DNA of 27,792 nucleotides from a virus (Duplodnaviria; Caudoviricetes). Below are positions 9,501-18,185 of the stretch, one piece after another. Position 1 is the first letter of the stretch; the number at the start of each line of letters is the position of its first letter. The stretch covers positions 1 to 27,792 of the IMG/VR virus record IMGVR_UViG_3300032243_000944; one strand, written 5' to 3'. The position numbers and the translations under genes are program-made. A model generated the notes under the pieces. That model ran no database searches, was not told the DNA's origin, and was given only the letters and a program-made list of their open reading frames with translations.

Positions 9501-12500
9501 GGTTCAAACAGTACAGAACAGTTGAGTATCAACGACTACTTCTTTACCACCAACGGTAACGTCAACGCTGGCACAGCCTTTGTTGTGGCCTCTCCAGCAG
9601 GTACAATTACTTTTGGTACTTCAAACATCACGTTCAGTATATTCAGCCAATCAGTGGCTTACTCGGCTAATACTGCGGCTGGTTTGAGTTTGACTGGTAC
9701 TGTGTTCTCAGCCAAGGTTGACAACACAACCACAGCATTTGACGGCACAGGCAACATCATTGTCAAAGCCAGTGCTCAACTAACAACGCCCAACATTGGT
9801 GCGGCAACTGGTACAAGTTTAAACGTCACAGCCAACGTTGACGCAGGTAACTTGCGTGCCTCAGGATTGGTAAGTGCCGCTGGCAACGTTACAGGTGGTA
9901 ATATCACAACAGGTGGTGTGATCACAGCAACTGGTAACATCACCAGTGTGGCAAACATCGCCGGTGGCAACTTGCTCACAGGTGGATTAATTTCTGCCAC
10001 AAGTACAATTACTGGTTCTACATTGATTGGTACTGTTGTAACTGCCAGTGGTAACGTAACTGGTGGTAACTTGTTGACAGGTGGACTAATATCTGCAACA
10101 TCAACTATCACAAGTTCAGCCAATATCACTGGCGGTAACATCTTAACAGGTGGATTGATCAGTGCTACTTCGTCTATTACATCAGCAGCCAATGTCAACG
10201 GCAACAACATAATGGCTACTACCATTGTTAATGCGCCAAGTCACACAGGTACTATTGTTAGCGTGAGTGGTAACGTGACTGGTGGCAACATCCTTACAGG
10301 TGGTACAATAAGTGCCACAGGAAACGTAAACGTAGGCAACTTGATCAATGCAGGTTCTGCCAGTTCCACTGGCAACATCACCGGTGGCAATTTATTAACA
10401 GGTGGACAAGTAAGTGCAGTTGGCAACATTACTGCTAATACAGGATCATTCTTCATTGGTAACGGTTCACAATTGACTGGAGTCACTGCTACATCAGCAG
10501 GCTTCCCAATCACAGCAGGTACGTCAAATATTGCGGGTGCTACCAACGGTAACATTGGTATCACCATAGGTGGTGCAAGTAATGTAGGATTGTTTACTCT
10601 TTCAGGTCTACTAGTAACTGGTTTGATCAGTGCCAATGGTAATGTAACAGGTGGTAACCTAACCACTGGCGGGTTGATCACCTCAACTGGTAATGTCACT
10701 GGTGGTAACTTGCTCACAGGCGGATTGATATCAGCAACCAGTACCGTTACTGGTTCAACATTGATTGGTTCAGTTGTAACTGCAAGTGGCAACGTGACTG
10801 GTGGTAACGTTTTAACTGGTGGATTGATAAGTGCCACTTCAACTATCACAAGCGCAGCCAATATCACAGGTGGTAACCTACTTACTGGTGGATTGATTAG
10901 TGCAACAAGTACCGTTACTGGTTCGACCTTGATTGGTTCAGTTGTCACTGCAAGTGGTAACGTCACCGGTGGCAACGTCCTAACAGGCGGATTGATATCT
11001 GCTACCGCCAACATCACAGGTGGTAACTTGGTCAGTAGCGGACAAATCAGTGCCGCTGGTAACGTCAATATTGGTACCAATTACTATTTTGGTAACGGAT
11101 CGCAACTGACTGGTATCATCACCTCAGTAGCCAATATCAACAACGGTAACTCCAACGTCAGTATCTATGCCGCTGGTGCCAATGTAGCAGTTAGTGTGGG
11201 CAACGTGGCCAATGTGGCTGTGTTTGCTACCACAGGTGAATATATCAATGGTTTGTTGAGTGTGAGTGGCAATGTCACAGGCGGCAACGTATTAACAGGT
11301 GGCTTACTAAGCGCAACTGGCACAGTTACCGGTTCAACATTAATCGGTTCAGTTGTCACAGCAAGTGGTAACATCACTGGTGGAAACGTCTTAACAGGCG
11401 GATTGATAAGTGCCACTTCAACTATCACCAGTGCTGCCAACATCACAGGTGGCAACTTGCTCACAGCCGGATTGATCAGTTCAACTGGCACAATCACAGG
11501 TTCAAGTCACTTGGGTAGTGTGGTCAGTGTCACTGGCAATATCACTGGTGGCAATGTTACTTCTACTGGGTTGATCAGTACCACAGGCAACATTGCTGGT
11601 GGCAATATACTGAGCAACAACTATTTCTATGCCAATGGTACTCCAGTTCCTCCAGGCATAATATACACAGCCAACACAGCACCACCTACTACTCCAAATC
11701 CTAAGGTGACCGACCAGTGGTACAACACTTCAACGGATGTGTTGTACGAGTACCTGTATGATGGCACAAGTAATTATTGGGTCGATATTACCAGCCCTGC
11801 GTTCGCCGGCGGCGTAGTGGCCAACGTGGCAATCTCGGGTAGCCTGTTGGTCAACGCCAATACCACATACGACATTGGTAGTGCAAGTCAAACATTCCGC
11901 AACGTGTACGCTACAAACTACTATGGTAACGGTGCTACACTCAGTGGTATTGTTACAAGTGTAAGCAACATCAACAACGGTACATCAAACGTCACAGTGA
12001 ATGGTTCTGGTGGTAACGTCACAACATCAGTTGGTGGAACGTCAAATGTGATGGTGGTCAGTTCAACTTTGGTCTCAATCACAGGCGACTTGAGTGTGTC
12101 GGGCAACGCAAGTTTGACTGGTAACATTGTTGGCGATGCTATCTACAATGGTACAACCAGTGTACAAATTCAAGCATCCGGTGGCAACGCCAACATCACA
12201 ATTGGTGGCACTGCTAACACAGCCGTGTTCAGTTCAACTGCATTGACTTTGGCAACCAACTTGTTGCCAAGCGCCAACATCACTTATGATTTGGGGTCAA
12301 CAACACAGCGTTGGAAAGATTTGTGGTTGAGCAACAGCACAATTTACCTGGGTAACAGTCAGATCAGTGCCAACGCTACAGCAGTCACAATTACTAACCC
12401 AGCAGGTGGCGTAACAGTACTACAAGGTGCTACACCAAGTATCACAGGCTCAGTTGTGAGTGCAAGTGGCAACGTAACTGGTGGTAACATCATATTTGGA

Positions 12501-13148
12501 TCAGGTGTTGTTAGCGGAACAGGTAACATATTTGCTTCCACCCTAAGTTTAACAGGTAACACTACACCGGGTAACGTAAACACTGCTGGATTGATATCAG
12601 CAACCGGCAACATAACCGGTGGCAACATAACCACAGCAGGCGTAATCACAGTGAACTCTGGAGCAGCCGTAACTGCCATTGTGAACGGTGCAGGCAATGC
12701 AGTGGGCAACATTGGTAGTTCCAGTGTGTACTTCAACAGATTGTTTGCCCAAGCAACCACAGCACTCTACGCTGACTTGGCAGAATGTTATTTGGCTGAC
12801 GCTGATTATGAACCCGGAACAGTGATGGATTTTGGTGGCGATTTTGAAGTCACACTAAGTACTACTGACTCCAGCAAACGTGTTTCTGGAGTGGTTTCGA
12901 CCAATCCGGCTCACGTGATGAATTCTGGAATCCAGGGTGATCATGTGGTAACAGTGGCATTGATTGGTCGTGTACCGGTCAAAGTTACAGGTGTTATCCG
13001 CAAGGGTGATTTGATGGTCAGTGCCGGCAACGGACGGGCCCGAGCAGTCACAATTGCAAGTCCCAAAGTGGGTACCATAATTGGTAAGGCGCTAGAAAAC
13101 TTTGATGGTGGTGAAGGCACAATTGAAATAGTAATTGGCAAGCAATAA
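6600..13148 (+). CDS. Giant repetitive tail fibre/appendage protein, 2182 aa, with C-terminal intramolecular chaperone (peptidase G2-like) domain
   Basis: SD plus ATG; N-terminus FPTSPTNGQ; dozens of GN(V/I)TGGNLLTGGLISAT repeats. Fibre module DAASKFYVD...RILVKDQ...NGVY at ~9180-9460. C-terminal ADLAE-Y...GVVSTNPA...VALIGRVPVKV...GD...IIGKALE from ~12768. Confidence 0.85.
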   Translation: MSFPTSPTNGQVTVVNQVSYQYSSATNSWTRILSTANIITANTIAVNGALTVGTTVSATGNIVTAAYFVGDGGYISNISAGAVSVSNINNGTSNVKIATSGGNATVNIGGTSNVVVFATTGQYVTGVSSVSGTITGGNLSTAGFATATGNIQGGNLLTGGLISSTGTITGSSHLGSVVSVTANVTGGNLLTGGLISATSTITSAANITGGNLLTGGLVSATANVTGGNLLTGGLVSATGTVTGSTLIGSVVTASGNVVGGNILTGGVISATGNVNVGNLINAGSASSTGNITGGNLLTGGLISATGNITGGNLVSSGQISASGNVNIGTNYFLGNGAFLTGVITSVANINNGNSNVSIYAAGANVAVSVGNVANVAVFSTAGEYISGLLSVSGNVTGGNLLTGGLISATSTITSAANITGGNVLTGGLVSATGTVTGSTLIGSVVTASGNVTGGNVLTGGLISATSTITSAANITGGNLLTAGLVSATANITGGNILTAGVVSATGNATFGNISTSGAGGNISGANVISSTTLSATGNIYGGNVLNSGISSVTGNITGGNLLTAGQISATGNITAATSSFFIGNGSQLTGVTATSAGFPIVTGNSNISAAPNSNIAVSVGGTANVAVFATTGEYITGVLSASGNVTGGNLTTGGLLSATGTVQGSTLIGSVVTASGNITGGNVLTGGLISATSTITSAANITGGNVLTAGLISATSTITSAANITGGNLLTGGLISATATVTGGNLATGGFASATGNVTGGNINTGGLVTATGNVTGGNISTGGVVTAAGNVFGNNIFATTSVSTAGNVIAGNVNTATIRPTSGALTISTASGAINLNPAGNVILSANTWINNLANPVQDGDAASKFYVDTAISSGIQYHQPVYAATTTTLATTTGGTVTYAQPNGVANGVGATLTTTGSFNLIDTANVQSAGTRILVKDQANAVQNGVYVWSNATVITRSQDTDEYGSNSTEQLSINDYFFTTNGNVNAGTAFVVASPAGTITFGTSNITFSIFSQSVAYSANTAAGLSLTGTVFSAKVDNTTTAFDGTGNIIVKASAQLTTPNIGAATGTSLNVTANVDAGNLRASGLVSAAGNVTGGNITTGGVITATGNITSVANIAGGNLLTGGLISATSTITGSTLIGTVVTASGNVTGGNLLTGGLISATSTITSSANITGGNILTGGLISATSSITSAANVNGNNIMATTIVNAPSHTGTIVSVSGNVTGGNILTGGTISATGNVNVGNLINAGSASSTGNITGGNLLTGGQVSAVGNITANTGSFFIGNGSQLTGVTATSAGFPITAGTSNIAGATNGNIGITIGGASNVGLFTLSGLLVTGLISANGNVTGGNLTTGGLITSTGNVTGGNLLTGGLISATSTVTGSTLIGSVVTASGNVTGGNVLTGGLISATSTITSAANITGGNLLTGGLISATSTVTGSTLIGSVVTASGNVTGGNVLTGGLISATANITGGNLVSSGQISAAGNVNIGTNYYFGNGSQLTGIITSVANINNGNSNVSIYAAGANVAVSVGNVANVAVFATTGEYINGLLSVSGNVTGGNVLTGGLLSATGTVTGSTLIGSVVTASGNITGGNVLTGGLISATSTITSAANITGGNLLTAGLISSTGTITGSSHLGSVVSVTGNITGGNVTSTGLISTTGNIAGGNILSNNYFYANGTPVPPGIIYTANTAPPTTPNPKVTDQWYNTSTDVLYEYLYDGTSNYWVDITSPAFAGGVVANVAISGSLLVNANTTYDIGSASQTFRNVYATNYYGNGATLSGIVTSVSNINNGTSNVTVNGSGGNVTTSVGGTSNVMVVSSTLVSITGDLSVSGNASLTGNIVGDAIYNGTTSVQIQASGGNANITIGGTANTAVFSSTALTLATNLLPSANITYDLGSTTQRWKDLWLSNSTIYLGNSQISANATAVTITNPAGGVTVLQGATPSITGSVVSASGNVTGGNIIFGSGVVSGTGNIFASTLSLTGNTTPGNVNTAGLISATGNITGGNITTAGVITVNSGAAVTAIVNGAGNAVGNIGSSSVYFNRLFAQATTALYADLAECYLADADYEPGTVMDFGGDFEVTLSTTDSSKRVSGVVSTNPAHVMNSGIQGDHVVTVALIGRVPVKVTGVIRKGDLMVSAGNGRARAVTIASPKVGTIIGKALENFDGGEGTIEIVIGKQ
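7401..7498 (+). repeat. 98-bp near-identical intragenic repeat, copy 1 (copy 2 at 10308-10405)
   Basis: Direct comparison gives 97/98 identity; the single difference is 7478 A vs 10385 T. Confidence 0.9.
10308..10405 (+). repeat. 98-bp near-identical intragenic repeat, copy 2 (copy 1 at 7401-7498)
   Basis: ATAAGTGCCACAGGAAACGTAAACGTAGGCAACTTGATCAATGCAGGTTCTGCCAGTTCC... is identical to copy 1 at offset 2907. Confidence 0.9.
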
Positions 13149-13159
13149 AAGGATAGTGG

Positions 13160-14971
13160 ATGGCCTTTCCAACGTCGCCGACGAATGGACAAACGGTAGT
13201 TGTTAACAATATTTCATATCAATATGCTAACACTACCAATTCTTGGAGTAGAATCCTTTCTACGGCCAACATCATCACGGCCAATACTGTTGCCTCTAAC
13301 GGCAATATCAGTGCTGCCGGCAACATAATAACTGGCAATTATTTCATCGGTAACGGATCGTTACTGACTGGCATTGCCACAGGAACACCAACACTAATAG
13401 CCAACGGCACATCCAATGTTGCTGTTGTGAGTTCAGGCGGCAACATCAGAGTCAACGTGGGCGGCACGTCAAACGTGATAGTTTATGCTACCACTGGTGA
13501 ATATGTAACTGGAATCGTAAGTGCTAGCGGTAACATCATATCAGCAGGCAATGTAACTGGTGGTAACATTTTAACAGGTGGATTAATTAGTGCTACTGGT
13601 ACACTCAGTGTAAGTGGTGCGACCACACTTGCCAATCTCAGCGCCGGTAACATTTCATCAGGTGGCATAAGTTCTGGTGGAGCAATAAGTGCCGCTGGAA
13701 ACATCACCGGCGGTAATTTGTCAGGTACTAACATTGTTGGCACACTGACCACAGCCGCTCAAACCAATATCACAAGTGTTGGCACATTGGGCTCATTGGC
13801 AGTAACGGCCAACGTCACAGGTGGCAACTTGTTGACAGGTGGTTTAATATCAGCAACTGGTAATATTCGTGGTAATAATATCAGTGCAGTTGGTGATGTT
13901 AATGCTAATAATTTATTAACTCCTGGGGTAGTATCAGCAACTGGTAACGTTGTGTCAGCCGGTAACATCATTGCCAGCAAGATAATATCTGCAACAGATA
14001 ATATGGTTATCACCTCAAGCGGCGGTGAAGGTGGTCAACTTGTTATGGGCTGGGTTGGCATTAATAACATAACAGGACAAGCCAATTCAACCTGGAATAT
14101 GGATGTAGATTCTGGCAATGCTCTTAGAGTATTTTATCAAAGTTCCACAAGTGCAACAAACGTTGTTTTAAGTTTAAATTCTTCGACCAATGTTGCCGCA
14201 TTCAGCGGCAATGTCAGCGGTTCATATTTCATTGGTAATGGTTCGCAACTGACTGGTATTTCTGGTGGCGGCGGTGGCTCAAATATTGCTAATGGTACAT
14301 CAAACGTTACAGTAGTAAGTTCGGGTGGTAACGTCACGGTTGGCGTGGGCGGTACATCAAATGTAGCAGTATTTGCCACAACAGGTCTCTATGTCCCAGG
14401 CTTGATTAGTTCTACCGGTAATGCTATACACTCAAATTTGATTCTCAATGGCACAGCCGCCGCAGGTAGTGGTGTGTTGATTGTTTCTGGTAATATTCAA
14501 ACCAGTACTGCCAACGCCACAGCCAACATTGGCAATGCCAGCAACTATTTTAATAGATTGTTTGCTCAAGCAACCACAGCATTATACGCTGACTTGGCTG
14601 AAGTTTACAAAGCCGATGCGCAATATCCTCCAGGTACTGTATTAGTGTTTGGTGGCACACAAGAAGTCACTATGAGCACCGTAACTCATGACAACAAAAT
14701 TGCCGGGGTAGTATCTACACACCCAGCACATGTGATGAATTCAGGACTGCAATCGGAATTCACAGTGGAAGTTGGCTTGATCGGGCGTGTGCCATGTCGG
14801 GTGGTTGGTCCAATCACAGCAGGTGATCGTGTGGTATCTAGCAACCGTGCTGGTGTTGCTGAACGCCTGGATATGAGCAAATATCAACCAGGCGTGATCA
14901 TTGGCAAAGCAGTTGAAAGTTATTCAGGTACCGATGTTGGCACAATTGAAGTTGTGGTTGGCAGACTATAA
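13160..14971 (+). CDS. Tail fibre/appendage protein, 603 aa, short paralogue of 6600..13148, with C-terminal intramolecular chaperone-like domain
   Basis: Same N-terminus (MAFPTSPTNGQ...NSWSRILSTANIITANT) and same C-terminal domain (NRLFAQATTALYADLAE...LIGRVP...IIGKAVE, from ~14585). AAGGA upstream. Confidence 0.85.
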   Translation: MAFPTSPTNGQTVVVNNISYQYANTTNSWSRILSTANIITANTVASNGNISAAGNIITGNYFIGNGSLLTGIATGTPTLIANGTSNVAVVSSGGNIRVNVGGTSNVIVYATTGEYVTGIVSASGNIISAGNVTGGNILTGGLISATGTLSVSGATTLANLSAGNISSGGISSGGAISAAGNITGGNLSGTNIVGTLTTAAQTNITSVGTLGSLAVTANVTGGNLLTGGLISATGNIRGNNISAVGDVNANNLLTPGVVSATGNVVSAGNIIASKIISATDNMVITSSGGEGGQLVMGWVGINNITGQANSTWNMDVDSGNALRVFYQSSTSATNVVLSLNSSTNVAAFSGNVSGSYFIGNGSQLTGISGGGGGSNIANGTSNVTVVSSGGNVTVGVGGTSNVAVFATTGLYVPGLISSTGNAIHSNLILNGTAAAGSGVLIVSGNIQTSTANATANIGNASNYFNRLFAQATTALYADLAEVYKADAQYPPGTVLVFGGTQEVTMSTVTHDNKIAGVVSTHPAHVMNSGLQSEFTVEVGLIGRVPCRVVGPITAGDRVVSSNRAGVAERLDMSKYQPGVIIGKAVESYSGTDVGTIEVVVGRL

Positions 14972-15379
14972 AGTCTGCTCCACCTGACGAATCTTTTGCT
15001 GAACAGCATCTAAGTTAACTGTATTCCACAAGCCAGGATGTAAAGGTCTTGGCCAACGTCCAGATTCAATCCAGGCATAGCCTGTGTGTTCGTGATTTAG
15101 ATCAGGTACAAACTCATAGTCTACTCTGCACCAAAAAGTATGATACTCAAACACACCATCTGGTGATGTGAATTTTTCTATGGGTATCAAGCGTTCGTAG
15201 TCAGGCACACTGCCCAGTTCTTCACTGCATTCTCGTTCCACTGCCACAAGAAGATTTTCGCCCGACTCAACCTTGCCACCAGCCAGGCCCCAGGTGTCGG
15301 GATATTTGGCATCGTTTCTTAACAGATAGAGATAGCGTTGTGTTCGGCCACAGTAGAACCAAACTCCCACAGCCTTCAC
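14966..15379 (-). CDS. NUDIX hydrolase
   Basis: Canonical Nudix box GX5EX7REUXEEXG = GKVESGENLLVAVERECSEELG; C-terminal LNHEHTGYAW...LHPG. The probable start is GTG at 15379, overlapping the TGA of the upstream gene (GTGA), rather than 15433. Confidence 0.9.
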   Translation of the reverse strand: MKAVGVWFYCGRTQRYLYLLRNDAKYPDTWGLAGGKVESGENLLVAVERECSEELGSVPDYERLIPIEKFTSPDGVFEYHTFWCRVDYEFVPDLNHEHTGYAWIESGRWPRPLHPGLWNTVNLDAVQQKIRQVEQTL

Positions 15380-16800
15380 AATACCAGATTCCACGAGCCT
15401 CCGGCATACAAGCCATCGATACTTTTGACCCAAGCGTCACCGGTCCATTTGTATTGAATTGTGGTGGTAAGATTAGTTACATACTGTACTTCTGTGTCAG
15501 TTTGACCGTTAAACGCTATTTCCCAACGTACACCATTAAATTCAATAATATCATTGGCATTGGCTAACAAGGGTTGATTACCTGTTCCGATCCATGACAT
15601 TGGATTTTGAGAATTAGTTGTGTTGCCAGTTGACTCAGTAATTAGGTATCGTTGTCCTAGTAATGGCGCAGGCAATCCGTTGTTGGGTCCAGACAATAGC
15701 GGGTTGATCACAGAGTCAACTGGAAGCAAACTATCCTGAGGTGCAGTATCAGGATCAACATTAAAAATAAGCAGTCGGTCGTCGGCGGGATTTATGGTTA
15801 TAGTGCCCACAATACTTGAATCTGGGTTCCATGGATTGTCCAATGTAATATAACTGATCCCCTGACGTAATACACCGTATGCTCCAATTACAGTGGGCCA
15901 GGTGATCTGTGGATCTTCTACAATAGGAAATGTAAATGGAGCAAGACTCAATCGATTAGGGACCACAGTTTGTGCAGGTTGCAAGATTTGTAACTGCCCG
16001 GTATTTGTATTAGGTCCGTCCATTAACAATAATACTTGATAATTCCATGGAGTGACCTTGAGCCGTGTGCCCAGCAACAAATCGTTGTCTACAATAGCAT
16101 TGGCTGCATCACCATTGGCATCAAATATACTTGCAATCACACGCTCTACCACGCCCAATTTCTTGACCTTGGCAGGACTAGATATCCAAATAGGAATACC
16201 GAATGTCAAGGTCATGATGTCAATGGGATTTTCTGTGCCTACAGGAATGGTTCTTGATGTCCAGTTTACCCGTTCTAAATCTACCACACTCAAACTGGTC
16301 CAGTCAATGTAATTTTCTGAACTTTGAATTTCTAAACTGGGATTGAACAAGGTGGCAATTTGTTCAAAGATCTGCATTTTTTGATTGGTGTTGCTGGTCC
16401 AGATGTCCATGCTGATGGTCATGCGATAAGGCACAGGCATTAATCGCTCAATGGTAAATGCATTGCCTTGCGTGGTTTCGTATGTGTCTGTGGCTTGATC
16501 GTAAGTGCGTTGACGCACCTGCATCTTGTTCACGTGATACGGTTCTTGCATTCTGGGACGATCATAATCCAAGCCTGTGATATAAAATGTTATTAGCGGA
16601 GTTGATGGCAAGGCATTGGCAGAGTTTTGTTGCATAATAACAGCAGCCTGGCGACTAGCATCACCATAACGTACAGGCACACGTATTAGATCTTTGGTGC
16701 CTTGCTCATTGCGCCCATACTCTACTTGAAACAGACTGATCATGCGTGTGAACTGTAGCAGGTATCTGCGTATTTGTTCATCATAAAAAAACATTTGCAT
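15376..16800 (-). CDS. gp15: Tail terminator / tail sheath stabilizer (T4 gp15-like) with C-terminal extension
   Basis: FFYDEQIRRY...VPVRYG...P-ITF-ITGL-YD--R...PVPY-M-I...QIFEQI---FNP follows the gp15 pattern. Adjacent to the gp14-like gene. About 200 extra C-terminal residues. Confidence 0.75.
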   Translation of the reverse strand: MQMFFYDEQIRRYLLQFTRMISLFQVEYGRNEQGTKDLIRVPVRYGDASRQAAVIMQQNSANALPSTPLITFYITGLDYDRPRMQEPYHVNKMQVRQRTYDQATDTYETTQGNAFTIERLMPVPYRMTISMDIWTSNTNQKMQIFEQIATLFNPSLEIQSSENYIDWTSLSVVDLERVNWTSRTIPVGTENPIDIMTLTFGIPIWISSPAKVKKLGVVERVIASIFDANGDAANAIVDNDLLLGTRLKVTPWNYQVLLLMDGPNTNTGQLQILQPAQTVVPNRLSLAPFTFPIVEDPQITWPTVIGAYGVLRQGISYITLDNPWNPDSSIVGTITINPADDRLLIFNVDPDTAPQDSLLPVDSVINPLLSGPNNGLPAPLLGQRYLITESTGNTTNSQNPMSWIGTGNQPLLANANDIIEFNGVRWEIAFNGQTDTEVQYVTNLTTTIQYKWTGDAWVKSIDGLYAGGSWNLVL

Positions 16801-16803
16801 AGA

Positions 16804-18180
16804 TTAACTCGATGGTTGATAAGGTTGCGTTGGCGGATACGGATTAGGCGGTTCAACATTACCGCCATTGTCTCCATTGGCCAAATTGGGTTGCAACGCC
16901 TGACTCAGGCTTTGGCGACTTGGAATGTTGCCCATGTCTGTGGTCGGCGTAGTGTATGTATTGTTAACGAAACTGGAGCGTAAAGTATTGTTGGTGGCCC
17001 CAGGCGTGAGTTGAGTGCGCACATCGCTTTCAATCTTGACCCATGATCTGCCGTTGTAACGGAACAAACGATTAGGAAAGTAGTCTAGACGCAAAGCATA
17101 CTGGCCAGCAATGGGACTTACTGGGAAGTTCACACCGGCTGTGACCGGTAAGCCATTGGGTGCTTTGCCATCACCTGTGAGATAGCCTGCAGTATATCCG
17201 TCGCCTCGTGGCGAGTTACCATCATTGGCCACTGTTCTTGATGCATCAGTTATGGTGTAGTCTGCTGTGTACGTAGCCGACTCAGGATTGGCAGGTGTGC
17301 CATCTAAGTTAGTGGCCACGATATAAAACTTTACAACGTCAAATCCTGATTTGGGTATTTCAGCCTCGGCTTGGATCAAGATAGCATCGTTGATTTCCAA
17401 GTCCTTGGGTCTGGTACTCATTTTGTCTGCCAGGGTAGCAGGATTAGATTTTTCTTGCCAATACTGTGTATTGGTAATGTCTGTACCTGGCGGCACATTT
17501 TTAGTACTGATATAGTATTTGTCGCCGTAGAGCACAGTGGTACCACCTGGATAAAAATTGCCCGGATCCCAAATGTTGATGGGTTCAAAGGGTTCTTTGG
17601 TAATCTCATTAAATTCCTGAGCATTAACCATTGGAGTCGCTTTGACACGCCACAAGTGAGGCAACCAAGTTTGGCTGAAACCTTCACTAGCAAATGCCGC
17701 ATCTTGTATTACATAGAATCTAGGCAATGCACGTGGGATAGTTTCATTAAGTGGATTGTAGTCACGCAGGTTGGGCAGTTCCAGCACATCACCGCTCATG
17801 AGTTTACGACCCATAGTGTCAATCATGTTGTTGTAGTGAAATGTGATGAACAAGGTGTCGTTGTTTAAAAACAGGCCGAATTGTGTTAAGTCAAAATCAA
17901 TGTCCTGTGTTTGATAAACGCCACGCATGACATACACATCAGGATCATATTTGCGATCTCGATTTTCCAACAACAACAAGTCTTCGATAAACAGAGGATT
18001 GGATACATCATACTTGGGCAGGGTGGCGTCATTGTCGCCTTCATTGTCGTTGGTCAATGGACCAAGATATTTGTGCAAATAGCAATCAACACCGCCCACC
18101 TGATACATCTCAGATATGGTTCGGTCAAAGAATTGATAGTCGTTTGTGCGGTTGGGCCTATAAAGTGACAGTCTTGGCAT
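16804..18180 (-). CDS. gp14: Neck protein / head closure (T4 gp14-like) with inserted and C-terminal extra domains
   Basis: SEMYQVGGVDCY...LENRDRKYD...Y-MRG-Y...DFDLTQFGLFL-ND-LFITFH...GDVLELP resembles gp14 (G-D-YY, FG, GDLI motifs). Late promoter immediately upstream and gp15-like gene downstream. Confidence 0.65.
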   Translation of the reverse strand: MPRLSLYRPNRTNDYQFFDRTISEMYQVGGVDCYLHKYLGPLTNDNEGDNDATLPKYDVSNPLFIEDLLLLENRDRKYDPDVYVMRGVYQTQDIDFDLTQFGLFLNNDTLFITFHYNNMIDTMGRKLMSGDVLELPNLRDYNPLNETIPRALPRFYVIQDAAFASEGFSQTWLPHLWRVKATPMVNAQEFNEITKEPFEPINIWDPGNFYPGGTTVLYGDKYYISTKNVPPGTDITNTQYWQEKSNPATLADKMSTRPKDLEINDAILIQAEAEIPKSGFDVVKFYIVATNLDGTPANPESATYTADYTITDASRTVANDGNSPRGDGYTAGYLTGDGKAPNGLPVTAGVNFPVSPIAGQYALRLDYFPNRLFRYNGRSWVKIESDVRTQLTPGATNNTLRSSFVNNTYTTPTTDMGNIPSRQSLSQALQPNLANGDNGGNVEPPNPYPPTQPYQPSS

Positions 18181-18185
18181 AGTAG

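Noticed and set aside
7401-10405. Diversity-generating retroelement TR/VR pair
   Set aside because: The near-identical pair has only one mismatch and both copies are mid-gene. Other repeats differ at synonymous positions rather than specifically at adenines, and no reverse transcriptase is in the window.
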